Origin: Chrysomallon squamiferum
Taxonomy: Eukaryota; Animalia; Mollusca
Assembly: GCA_012295275.1 (NCBI GenBank)
Contig: CM022673.1
Location: 4,402,001-4,466,000 of the forward strand
DNA: 64,000 bases
Reading direction: 5' to 3'
In this document: positions 1-11,957 of the stretch, in pieces
Numbering within the stretch: the first letter of the stretch is position 1
Layout: each line of letters starts with the position of its first letter
Notes under the pieces: model-generated
What the model was told of the DNA's origin: nothing
Seen by the model: the letters and a program-made list of their open reading frames with translations, nothing else
The model's database searches: none
Translations under genes and position numbers: made by a program

Positions 1-61
1 TTTTAAAATAATAGTCTGAGATGTAATAAGAAACATTTATTTATCTGTGTTATCTGCGTAC

Positions 62-516
62 TGTCAGGGAATCTCCAAGAGCCGCTACCACCTTAACATC
101 CCCAGGGTGAAGTCCATGGACTGAAAAATAATAATACAAAGGATTACAAGTTAAGGAAATTTAAAACAAAAAATAGGATATGTAAATTTATATATAGATA
201 TAGATACACACATACACACTCACACAGAGACCTGCATATATATATATACACACACGCGCGCATATGCACGTACATATACACATACATATGTACATATAAA
301 CATACACACTGTAGTTAGATTGTTGGAAATAGAAGTTAATGGGGCATAATAATATTTGCGTCTTTCAGCTCTGGCTGGTTGGGGGGGTTGTCGTTGTTTT
401 GTTTTTGTTGTTTTTTTTTTTTTTGCCTTTTTTTTCCATTAATTTCAGAAAGATATCAAAAGATCGTAACAAATGGAAATAACGTTTTATTTATTATTAT
501 TATTATTATTAATTTT

Positions 517-572
<56 letters not shown>

Positions 573-822
573 CTTATTATTATTAAATTATTATATACCC
601 CCATCCCGTCAGATGTCGTTAAAAACTAAATATTACTATTTACGGTTATGCTTGTTCTGTTTTTAGAAATATTTCTACGTGTAACAAAATTTAAAACCGG
701 GTACGCACCTGACCTGGCTGGTCGACCGTTCCAAGGGTTGGAGGTGTGGCAGTGAAAGTCAGGAATATTGTATCTGTAGGGCGGGGCTCGCTTACTTCTG
801 TTAGTCTGAATAAAACAGAAAT

Positions 823-865
<43 letters not shown>

Positions 866-3314
866 GCAAAACAAACTGTAAAAATAAAAACTAATGATAA
901 TAAAAAAAATACAAAGTCATAACAAATTAAAAAAAAATAATAATAATAATAATAAAAAAATAATGATAATTTTAGAGATGAATCACTAAAAGTTCAAAAT
1001 TTAAACTTCTAAAATATAAAATATATTCTAAAGGGATTAATAACACAATGAATTTAATGGCGAATATAAATTATTAATTTTATTTTATATTTATTATTTT
1101 ATTCTGAGAAAAATTTAATTGGTTATCGTCAAAATGTATGATGGCAAAGCCTTCTGTGCGTGTTTTTATTATTAATATATTTGTTTAAGCAAAATTTTTT
1201 TTTTTTCAGTCCGTAGAATTAAGGCAAAATTTTAATAAGTTCTTTCTATACAGGTCAGACACAAATATTAGAATAGCAGATCAGATATCTAAAGTTCTAA
1301 AATAATTCAAAATTCCGAATCCTCGGTCTGGTTGGAGTTCAGTGTACTTTATTGCTGGTACAATATTTATACCTGTAACAATTCACACAAATTAATTTTT
1401 CAAATAAAACAAAACATAAGGACATTAAATAGCAAATAATGTTCGGCCTATATTTCAAGACGTATGACCTTGAAGACGAAAATATCAGCTGATACTTCCA
1501 CCTTCAAGTTACACTGTTATCTTTTTTTCTTTTAGGATTGGTCGCAAGGTAAAAATAACTTGGTAATATATATTTTGTTTTTCTCATTAAGTTAGGCATT
1601 AGAAATCAATATGGCTCTATGTATTAGCATTTTCTTGAAAAAATGCATATGTTTTATAATTATAAATAATAATAAACAAAAAATCTCATTATGACTAAAA
1701 CAGTAGTTTTTAAGTTAGAGATTATTGTTTTATATTATTATTTTGAAGCTTCGAAAATATAGGTCCACAAAGATATATTATGGAAATATATTGATAAGGT
1801 CTAAGATTATCGGGGAATGTCTACTGAAAATTAAACTGTATGCTCAGCTGGCATGAAAAAACATTACAAACATTTTATCATTCGTCTAGGTTTGTACTTT
1901 TACTGGTATCGATACAAAACTCAGCATACCGAAAGCTGTTGATTTGAAACGGAGTTTGATGCTGATTCTGCTGAAGAAAATACACAACAGACATTCCATT
2001 GATTACTCAAAAGGCCTTAAAATTATATCTTTGGTAATATGAAGAAATTATTAAAAAGTGTTCTGAATACTTCTGTTTATATTTTATATATTTTTATTTT
2101 TTTTTTTTTTTTTTTAATTATTATTAATGGGTTTTGGAATGGGTTTTATTTTTTTATTTTTTTTTTTTTTGTTTTGTTTGTTAAACATTGTCGAATATAG
2201 TCCAAACCAGGTACGATTATTTTAAGTATAATTTTAAAATAATACTTTGCGATGTAATAAAAAATATTTAAGTATCTATGCTATATGAGGTGTTTCTTTT
2301 GGGGGGTGTGCTGTTTGTTGCTATTTATTTATTTATTTATTTTTTAATTGTTTAGGTGGGTTGTTGTTCTTATTATTGTTTAGTTATTTTCATTTTTTTT
2401 TTAATTTTTATTATTATTATTATTATTATTATTTTTTTTTTTTTTTTTTTTATTATTATTATTATTGACATTTTGGGGTTGCTTTTTTTTTTTTTTTTTT
2501 TTTTTTACAAACTCTCTGCATGCCATGTAGTGATAAAATGGAGACGTTCAAATGTTTTCTATCATTAATAATATTTTTTCCTAAATTTGTTATGAGCAAT
2601 GACTGGTAGCCCACAACAATAAAATAATAACTTGGATTTATAAAGAATTTTGGTATAGACCGAACCAAGCAGTCATAGTTACATTTTAAACAGCAACTTG
2701 ACAAAGAGAAGACAACGCACACCATGTATTTTGATAAATCAGTCGATGGGCTCTGGCTGGAACGGGAAGACGCCCATTGTGCTTTCTTGAAAAGGACTGA
2801 TCTTGATTTCAGACAACTGAACTATTGTCAAAGTATTTTCTAAAACTTACCTCGTTGACCATAGCGGTGTAATTTTTTAGATGTTCTTGCCATATTTTCA
2901 ACAAATGTGGGTTATTTGGAAGAGTCTTGGTGAAAAAGTCCACATATCGCTGAAATGATGGCGAAGAGATTGCTAAAAAAAAAAAATAATAATAATTAAA
3001 TAAATAAATAAATAAACAGAATAACATTCAGTGTTTGGTGCGTGGTATTAATATTAGATTTTATTTTTACTTTATCTAAATAATTATAACAACAGCAGCT
3101 ACATAAAATAAACAATAACTTCTACTAAGGGAAAAACTGTTAAACAATACTTTGATGTTGGTGAGTAAAAATACTCAGTACAATATTTCTTTTGGAATAC
3201 TTTCAATTCAAAATAATTATGTCTCACGCGTAATAAAGCATAAAAATAAAAACCCGGCATGTTAAGAATACATCAGTTTTTCTCTTTTATAATGCCATTA
3301 TCTTGCAGAGTCAT

Positions 3315-3349
<35 letters not shown>

Positions 3350-3587
3350 GATGATGGAGACTATATTAAAAAAATGTGAATTTTGCTTTTGCCCCATCTG
3401 TAAAGGGATTTTATACCTACGAGCCTAGCTAGCTACTAACCTACCTACATACATGTTGATGTTTTAAATAAAATTAAGGTTCTGTTAATATATTTTAAAT
3501 TGTTAACGTGGACGTCATCTTACGTTTTTCAGGTGCGGACGAAACAGCTACAACGACGCCTAACAAACAGAGCAGCAAGGAAGACAT
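62..3587 (-). CDS. PLB1: Phospholipase B1-like GDSL/SGNH lipase, 5' portion (4 coding exons in window; gene continues past position 1)
   Basis: Minus-strand exons 3587-3524, 2972-2851, 805-709 and 120-62 have GT-AG sites and compatible phases. They give MSSLLLCLLGVVVAVSSAPEK-PISSPSFQRYVDFFTKTLPNNPHLLKIWQEHLKNYTAMVNE-TNRSKRAPPYRYNIPDFHCHTSNPWNGRPARS-VHGLHPGDVKVVAALGDSLT. The last block matches the PLB1 signature SVHxLxPxDIKVVAALGDSLTA (GDSL nucleophile Ser). The N-terminus is a hydrophobic signal peptide. Confidence 0.9.
525..571. repeat. (GT)n microsatellite
   Basis: Direct inspection. Confidence 0.97.
826..862. repeat. (GA)n microsatellite
   Basis: Direct inspection. Confidence 0.97.
2700..2780 (-). 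mobile_element. Degenerate SINE central-domain fragment (Meta/MESC-type) in PLB1 intron
   Basis: The reverse complement reads aatgggcgtcttcccgttccagccagagcccatcgactgatttatcaaaatacatggtgtgcg. From memory this resembles the Meta/MESC SINE core tgggctatttctcgttccagccagtgcaccacgactggtatatcaaaggccgtggtatgtgc. Not verified by search. Confidence 0.45.
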
Positions 3588-3842
3588 ACTACCCGTAATG
3601 TTCCAACAATCAGAGCACTGCTGTTAGAAAAACTACTACAAAGACTTTTTTTTTATCGCCACTCCCATGATTAGGGGATGGTACGATAAGTGTATGAAGT
3701 GGGTTACTATTAATAGCCAAAAGGTTATTCAGACATCTGTTTAAAGGACATAATTTTGTGTATATATTGGTCAGAACATTGGTCTGGGGATTTCTCATGT
3801 TATATCATCATAATCCCAAATAATAATAATAATAATAATACA

Positions 3843-3881
<39 letters not shown>

Positions 3882-4741
3882 TATTATTATTATTATTATT
3901 ATTATCATCATCATCATCATCATCGTCGTCATTATTATTATTTATTTATTTATTTGTTTGTTTATTCATAAATAATAATAATAATCAAATAAGGGGAAAA
4001 ATGGGGATGGCACTTATTATCACTTACTACAAGTTGAAGAAGGTAGGACCAAATGAAACTTCAATTTCCTTGAATAATGATGTTTTGACATTGATGTTTC
4101 ATATAAACTAGAAAACCAAAACCTATAAAAACAACAGTTCGTGGATTCAAAACATAATTTTACAAATTACATTTAAAAATTAAATTTTGTACACCTTTGC
4201 ACCACCTTATTTTAATTGAATATATGTAAAACGGGAATATATCTAATGACGTCATAGACATATGTAGGACGTTGCCTACATGACGTTTTATTTAATGACG
4301 TCAAGTATAGACATATGGAGGGACGAGTGATTAAAATTAATATAAAATATTTTTTCTAAACAATAGTAAATAACTTTTTTTATAAGAAAGTCAAGCGAAA
4401 TGTTCTAAAATGACATAGAAATATTATATGATTTTTATAACCTATAGAATAAAATAATATTTAAGATGAATCATGGTTCAAAAAAAAAAAAAACTTGCTA
4501 CTCAAGGTCATTGTATCAGCGTGCACTCTTCAGCGTTAGACCATATGACTCGGTTTTGATTTCAGCATTATTAAAACGACTGACATCGGACAGAAGGATA
4601 TTAGTCAATACAGCACTAAATTAACAGTGATTGTATTTATTTTGATCTGCACCTAAATTGTGCTTATCATTAATTCATCTTCTTAGCGAAACGTTAAAAG
4701 ATTTGGCTGTGACAAACCCACGTGCTCGTGATAAACTGAAA
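3588..4741. promoter_or_regulatory. Divergent (head-to-head) promoter region between the PLB1-like and DUF3504 genes, with two full CRE palindromes
   Basis: The start codons point away from each other about 1.15 kb apart. TGACGTCA occurs at 4247-4254 and 4296-4303 within an imperfect direct repeat (taatgacgtca..tagacatatg..ggacg), with a TGACG half-site at 4281. Confidence 0.55.
3819..3945. repeat. Compound (AAT)n-(ATT)n-(CAT)n microsatellite
   Basis: Direct inspection. The (AAT)n run directly abuts its reverse complement (ATT)n. Confidence 0.95.
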
Positions 4742-6673
4742 ATGGCGTCAACGTTAGATAATAATGATAACGCACATGATGCGGAAAAACAAGAAGCTGA
4801 CTTAATAATTGACAACGAACATGAACACATGGATGAAAAACCAGCGGAGTTTAAAGAAGAAAATATTTATTTTGACAATGATGAGACTGAACACGGTAAC
4901 AGCGACAAGCCAGCGTTGTACAGCGTAAACCTGTTTGAAAACTGGTGCAGGCAAAACGGGGAAGAGCTTGATTTGAAAAATGATTCTCCGAAAAAGATTA
5001 ATCGACTTTTGTCAAATTTTTATCCCGACGTCAGAAGCAAGACTGGAGAACCCTATTCTCACAGCACATTGTGCCTCTTTAGATACGGGCTGAATAGATA
5101 TATCCAGAAAGAACTGGCGCGTCAAGGATCAAAAATTGATATTATCGAAGATCCAGAGTTTAAACAAGCCAACCGTATTTTCAGACACGTTGTTAAAGTT
5201 ATGAAAGAACACAATCCAGTCCACGAAGCCCAGATAATCACACCAGAACATATCAGAAGAATATATTCAAGTTACGCCTTCAGTCTTCTTGACCCCAAAT
5301 GTCTGTTGTACAAAGTCTGGTTTGAAATTACCGTTTTTTTCGGAAAACCAAAACATGATCAACAGCGAACTCTGAAGAAGGTTGACTTCGTCGTTGACAC
5401 TGATGAAAATGGTTGCCGTTACGTTACCAAGGTGGCGAAGAAAAATACCGAAAGTGAAAATCGATCATTCCCGCGAATGTACGAAAAAAGAGGTGATCCA
5501 CAATGTCCAGTGATCTCATTTGAGAAATATTTGTCGAAACTGGACAAAGGCTATATCTACCTTTTCCAGCGACCTAAAGACAAGACACCAGTAAATCCCC
5601 AGCAGTCTTGGTACATGCCAATGTCTCCTGGTAAGAATTTCATGTTCAGAATGATGAGTAGAATTTCCAAACTGGCGAACTTGGACACCATCTTCACTAA
5701 TAGCGTTTTGAAGAAGCTGCACAGAGGACTGTTGATCGACATGTTCCTGCATCGGCATGACATGATTCATCTGTCAGCAACAGCCAAAGTCAATGTACAA
5801 ACATCCAGTGTGCCAGATTCCGAAAGCACTGTACCACAGGATGACAGCAGCAAGCAGAATTCAAATGTTTGCAAAGAGGCAGTTAGTTCTGTGGTGTTGG
5901 GTTCCTACAGACCCATCCTGCCTGCAGATGCTAAAGAATCAGCGAATGCTTCAAAGAATGTGAATGTATCAGGATCTTTGCACAGAAAACTAAAACTGGT
6001 GAACATGTTTCCAGGCAAACAGAATGAAGAAAGTGTAAACTTGAGTCTTTCTGCTTCTCTTGACAATGTATCCAGTGGTAAGATAAAGAATCTTTATCGC
6101 AAAATTTAGTGATAAATTTGGACCTACTTATTCTTCTACTTCTACTACAGCTAACAGTATAACTACAACTAACACTTCCGTAACTACTACTGTTAATAAT
6201 ATCAACAACAACAACAATATATTTACTTTAATTTTGAAAAATTCTAATATCTAACAAATGTTATTATAAATTAATTTTTAAACAGATATATCGCAATGTC
6301 TGCCATTAGTAATAATGTTATAAAATTTACTTTCAGACGTAACATTGAACTGTATACCTTTCAAAATTATTCCTGGGTAGTAACCATATGATCCTTTATT
6401 TGTATAATAATTTACTTACTTACTTACTTATTTCTGTTTTAAGTTGTATTTTAATAATGAACTTTCAGAAAAAGAATCAAATACAAAATCTGGTGTGGAG
6501 GAAGCCAAGTCTAAAATCAAAATGATTTTTCAGGATCTTGATTATCCAGATCTGGTTAAGTTGGATGCTTGGCTTAAGAAAGTTGAAGTACTCAAAGATA
6601 CAACCGGTGATTCATACCCTTCATTTGTTTTGTTTTGCTTGTGTCTTGTTTGCATTACACTTTAGAAATATCA

Positions 6674-6725
<52 letters not shown>

Positions 6726-7228
6726 TATCAAAAAACAAGGGAGGATATTAAAATGACTCAGTCTTTTATATTAATTTGCGCTTAAACCAGGCTTAAGTGC
6801 AAATTTTTTTTTTAAATATTCTTTTCCTAAAAACATTTTCAAATTATATCAGTCCACCCTTGGAGAATTCCCTCACAATCTACATGGGTGGGGTTATTAT
6901 ATATCATTTAGTGCCACACTTTTAGCCAAAGCTGATTGATATCCACAATCAAAATTGATGAAATAAATATTATTTTAGACAATTATGACTTATATGTTTT
7001 TGAGAAGTAGAAATAAGAGTGAAATAATGTGATTTAGACAGAAAATACAAAATCCTTAAATTAGCTAATTTTGACATTCTGTGAGCTGTCGCTGCTTGAC
7101 TGTGCGGTGTCAGTGATGTATGTTAGGTTTCATGGTAAAAAGCAGTCTAACACATGATCCAATAAGATACATTCGCAAAATTTGAAATGATTATTTTTGT
7201 TTTATTATTCTTGCTGATCCACATGTAT

Positions 7229-7273
<45 letters not shown>

Positions 7274-9068
7274 CTGTTTACAGGAAAGGTGATATGCAGG
7301 GATCCAACTCCTGTTCTGTGTAGCATGTTCACACAATTCGACAATCCTCCAAAGCATGACCACAATACAGCAAAAATTAACATTCTGCCTAAAATTAACA
7401 ACAACCACAGATGTTTCCCACCATACAAGTGTCTTGCAGTGCCTGAAAAAGAAGCCACAAAATCTACTGTCACATCAAAAGAAGATAACAAGCAAAAAGA
7501 AGACAGCCAGACTGAAGCTAATAAGTCACAAAGACAAACTGAAGCTGCAACAAAAAACAAGGCATCAAAAAGAAATGAATCAGGATCTGTAGATCAGTCA
7601 CTGCATAGAAGTCAGTGGCCATCAAAGTCCAAAAAATCTGATCAGCTACCAAAAGATGATGTGACAACAGAATCAGAGCAGACATCAAAAGGTGAAGAGG
7701 CACAGAAGTGTGAAATCTCATCAGAGAGTGGAGTGGTGTCAAAAAGCAGTCCATTGCCATCAGATAATGATAAGCACACATTAGTTTTGGCATCAAAACT
7801 AGTTGTGAAAGGTAAAGAAGATTCTACGCCAAAGATTGAAAGAATTTCTGCTTATCTCAGTGGGAGGAAATGTCAAGAAAATGGAATGACGTATCCTAAC
7901 ATTATTTCAAAAAACAGTAAGTCTCTTTTTAAATTGGTTAATGTGGTTGATTTTGATGAAATCATTTTAATATATGTCAATTATTTTGATATAATTTTTG
8001 TACAGGAAGTATCTGTTATTTTGAGTATGCTGATAGACACTGCATCTTCAAACTGCTTTGTTAGTAAATTTCATTGTTTTATTGTCGGTGGGGATTATTT
8101 TCCTTATTTTTTATTTCTATTTCATAGGGAAGAAAACATCAAGCAGGAACATGATTGCTTCGGCAAGAAGTATAAATAACTCAACTAAAACATCATCAGC
8201 TACTTTCTCACCCTGTGCTGTATTACCCATGAACCCAGCACCTGTCATTGGTAGTTTAGAGACAGCTGCAGTTCTCTCCAGCAGTACTGGTTGTTATGAA
8301 ACCTTGGCAGAGCAACCCGACAGTCCATTCAACCTATCCACTGACATCCAGGTGAAGGTAGAGCCAGGTGAAGCCTCCAGTACATCAACAGTTCCTTCAG
8401 AAGCACCAGCATCAGCTGACACGTTTTCAGTGCCTTCAAAAGTGGAGACAGTGCTTCCAACAAGTAATACATCCATCTGGCATATCCCTCAGATCCCATC
8501 ACATCAAGTAGCAGACATCAAACCAGAAAGAGACATTCTTTCTCTGTCAGTGCTGAATCCAAACACTCTGATCATGCACAGTTTGCCCCGAACATCAGTC
8601 AGCATCTCAGACAGTCCTCTAGCTCAGAGACTCATCCAGTTCCCACGTCAGACTTCGTACTATATAAGAAACATTGGCAGTCTTGTCAACACTGGTAGCA
8701 TTGGATCTGTTGTTCCTTCCATTACTGTCTCGGTTGCCCCAGCAGTTTCAGTTTCTTCAAGAGGAACAATTGGATCTGGTGGATCTACTGAATCTGTAAT
8801 CCCAGCAGTTGTTCAAGAATCCATCTACATTCCTGAGTCCCAGTTAGTGAATCAGGCTCAAACCCAACTTGCTATTGAAGGAGATCGGAAGGATGATCCA
8901 TGTGTTACCATCGTTGTAAGTGGCAATGCTGATAACTCAGTAGATAATGTCCAGAATTCTTCCTTAGCAATAAAAACAGCAGCTACAGTTCCTATTCATT
9001 CTGGATCTTCAAGGAAACGAAAAAGCAAAATTGTCAATATGGTAGCAAAGAAACGACCTCAGGTTTGA
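4742..9068 (+). CDS. DUF3504 (Crypton tyrosine-recombinase-derived; KCTD1/ZMYM/QRICH1/KIAA1958-like domain) nuclear protein, ~1015 aa, 4 coding exons
   Basis: Exons 4742-6077, 6469-6606, 7284-7916 and 8128-9068 total 3048 nt, all with phase-1 GT-AG introns, and join four ORF-track fragments into one frame. Exon 1 has Crypton/DUF3504 blocks FYPDVRSKTGEPYS..LNRY..IDIIEDPEFKQANRIF, VWFEITVFFG, PRMY..P.CPVISFEKYLSKL, LFQRP, WY..PGKN..MMSRISKLA.L...FTN. The C-terminal part is Ser/Pro/Thr-rich and ends in a basic NLS-like RKRKSK..KKRP. Confidence 0.85.
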
Positions 9069-11064
9069 ATGTGTTGAAATACATGAAGAAAACTCTTAAA
9101 ATGATTTTTTGGTGTTCTTCCTCAAGATTATAGTGTTTGGTTTTGGAAATGAATGTTTGCTAATAATAAAATATGAAAATAACTTACCAACCTTGGAGGC
9201 TGACATTTTATATTATGATAGAAATATTTTTTCAAAGTTAGTGAAAAATATGTTTGTTACACATGACTGGACTGTGGCTTTATACATGAATTTGAAGATT
9301 TTACAATCTGAGGTTCATTGCATTATTGAGAAATCCTCAAAAAGGTGTTCAGTCTTATTTCTAAGTTTATTCACTAAAACTAATTTATGTATGAAATGAC
9401 ACCAAGATGAAAGAGAAAAATTTTCTGCTTTGGCCATCTTTCTTTTCATTAAAATTACACTTTATTATTAGCAGAGGTATCATTACAAACCAAGTGTACT
9501 CAAACATTTATAAATCAGATATTTGAGAAAGATGCTGTCATACAGACAGTATTTTGTAAGACTTTAACCTTTGTTTAGTTGTAAAAATTTTGAAGTTTTG
9601 TTCTTGTTAGTATTAAAAAACAAAAGTGTTAAAATTTTATATTTTTAAATTTTGTATACATTCCTTTTTTTATCCTGAATATTCATGTTTTTAGTTAGTC
9701 AGCTTAAAAACATAACCCAAATTTAAAATGAAATTATGGGTAAACATGTTATTTTCACTGTAAGTAAGCTACAGTTTTTCATGTGGTCAAATTCTGTTGT
9801 GTCAAAATCGCATGGACAACAGTTAAACAAATAGTGACTCAGTTTTGGGTACTCTCAGATAAAAAATGTCTTTTGAAAAGAAAATACATGTATATGTTAA
9901 TGTTTGTAGAACATTTGGATATCAGACAAATCATGGTTACAATTTCCAGTTATTTGAACCAGTTTTTTTTATCTGGAAGGTTTTACTTCTGATGTTGATA
10001 TGTTTGCTTCATTATTGTTTGTTTTGTTATTGTTTTGTGCTTTTAAATAGTTACAGTTATGATTCAAACAAAGTTCAAATGGATTTACATTCTATTTAAT
10101 TAATTCCTGTTGGATTAGTTCTCTTTTACAGGTAACTGCAACAGTTTTCTCATCTTTTATGTATTTCAAATTGATGAGTAACCAACAAATTGGTGGTGGT
10201 CTTTTATTTCCAATTATCTTTTTTTTTTTTTTAATCTGAATGAAATATTTCAAACTTATTTTTGTTTTACTTATTTTATTTCATCATGATTAATGTTTTT
10301 CTTATTGTTTATTTTACTTGCACTTCAAAAAGAATATATATATATGTGGCTAAACTGAATTTTAAAGTTCTATATTTTGAATCCAATCTTGTAAACATTT
10401 CAAGTTAGTTTAATATACTGATAATGTCGGTGTTGTGATTTTAAATTGAGAAAAATGTTTTTACTTTTTCACAGCATCTTTTTAAATTTTTTATAAAACT
10501 GATGTTAAAGTTTTTGAATAATAAATATTTTAATTAAAATAGTGGACGTTTTGTTGTTTGTTATATTTCCCTACTTTAATTGTATGATATACATGCAGTT
10601 ATCATTATTTTAGGTATATATTTATAAAAAGATTAGATTAAATAAAATTTTGGTTCTTCAGCTATGAAAACTAAACAGTGAACTTACAATCCACAGAATA
10701 ATGGTTTTATTTTTATTTTTTTATAATAATAATGAGAAAAAGGTATCTGTATATATCAACCTTTGCTGTTAATAAAAAACTGCAAGTCGTAATGAGACAG
10801 CAAGTTTCTTCTCTCATACAATCATTTTAGTATGTATACAAAGTAACAATACATTTATTATATGTTGCAACAAAACTGTTCAGAGCTAATTAATTTAACG
10901 AAATTGTTTAAGAAATTTCTTTTGTTGATAACGTAATTTTAGAATTGGTCATTCTCTCACATAATTAAATATTCAATATAATATGAAATGACTGCATATG
11001 AGATTTAACATGGCTGTTTCGGAAACATAAATACGAAATGCGTTAAAGATAAAGATTGGTATAT

Positions 11065-11106
<42 letters not shown>

Positions 11107-11260
11107 TAGAGTGGTGTGCAACCATTACTAAAAGGGGTTGTCAGTCTTTAAAGGGAAATAACTCTATAAGCTCATGTTTATTTTTCGATGCAGCGGACCG
11201 TGAAATTGTCAATGAATATTTGTTTGGGATTACATACATTCGATTCTGTGTTTTGTGTCG

Positions 11261-11460
11261 ATGTTTTCCCTTTCTTTTTTGTTTAAATATTTATATGCCA
11301 TTAGCATTTTTCTGATGGCGAAATCTGGTGGATGTTTCTTTCAAATAGGGTACGATGCATAATTTGATATTTGTTTTTGTTTACACATTCTGGGTGTGGT
11401 TTTGTTAAAAATTGGGTTTATCTCAACAACATTAAGACTTAAATGTACAAATGTTACCAA

Positions 11461-11546
<86 letters not shown>

Positions 11547-11910
11547 TTGTATGAAATGTCTACAGGCTATACATATTAGTATTCTGACATTATTTATTTA
11601 GCGTGTTGTTACTCTTTTTTTTGCAGATATTTTTTATATGCACGGACTAGAATTGGTTACTGGTATCATCAAAAAGAAATAACCAAAGCTAGACAAAAAC
11701 TAGGCAATGCTGGTCATTCAAAAACAAAAGTTATAGAATATCAAAGTTTGTATAATAAAACGAACACCTTTTTGTTGTTTGTTGTTTTTATTTATTTAAT
11801 TTGCAATTCTTAAAGATTATTAAAAGATAATAATTTTGTCCATCTGCAATATTCAAGTAACAAATTTTTACAATTTCAAATTAGTTTTCTTTCCATAGAT
11901 ATTACATTAA

Positions 11911-11957
<47 letters not shown>

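Noticed and set aside
379-3971. Short ORFs rich in F/I/C/V/N/Y/H runs (also at 11341, 17404, 25980, 38373, 52956 and others)
   Set aside because: They are translations of microsatellites and poly-T tracts with no protein-like content. The exceptions are the parts that coincide with the PLB1 exons.
4658-6109. Standalone 483-aa ORF as an active Crypton/tyrosine-recombinase transposon
   Set aside because: The catalytic residues appear lost. The track start is a TTG (first ATG is 4742), and a good donor at 6078 splices in frame to three more exons, so it behaves as a host gene exon.
7187-8179. 330-aa and 336-aa (8058-9068) ORFs with hydrophobic N-termini as separate membrane proteins
   Set aside because: The hydrophobic starts are translated polypyrimidine tracts. 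The real coding parts are exons 3 and 4 of the DUF3504 gene.
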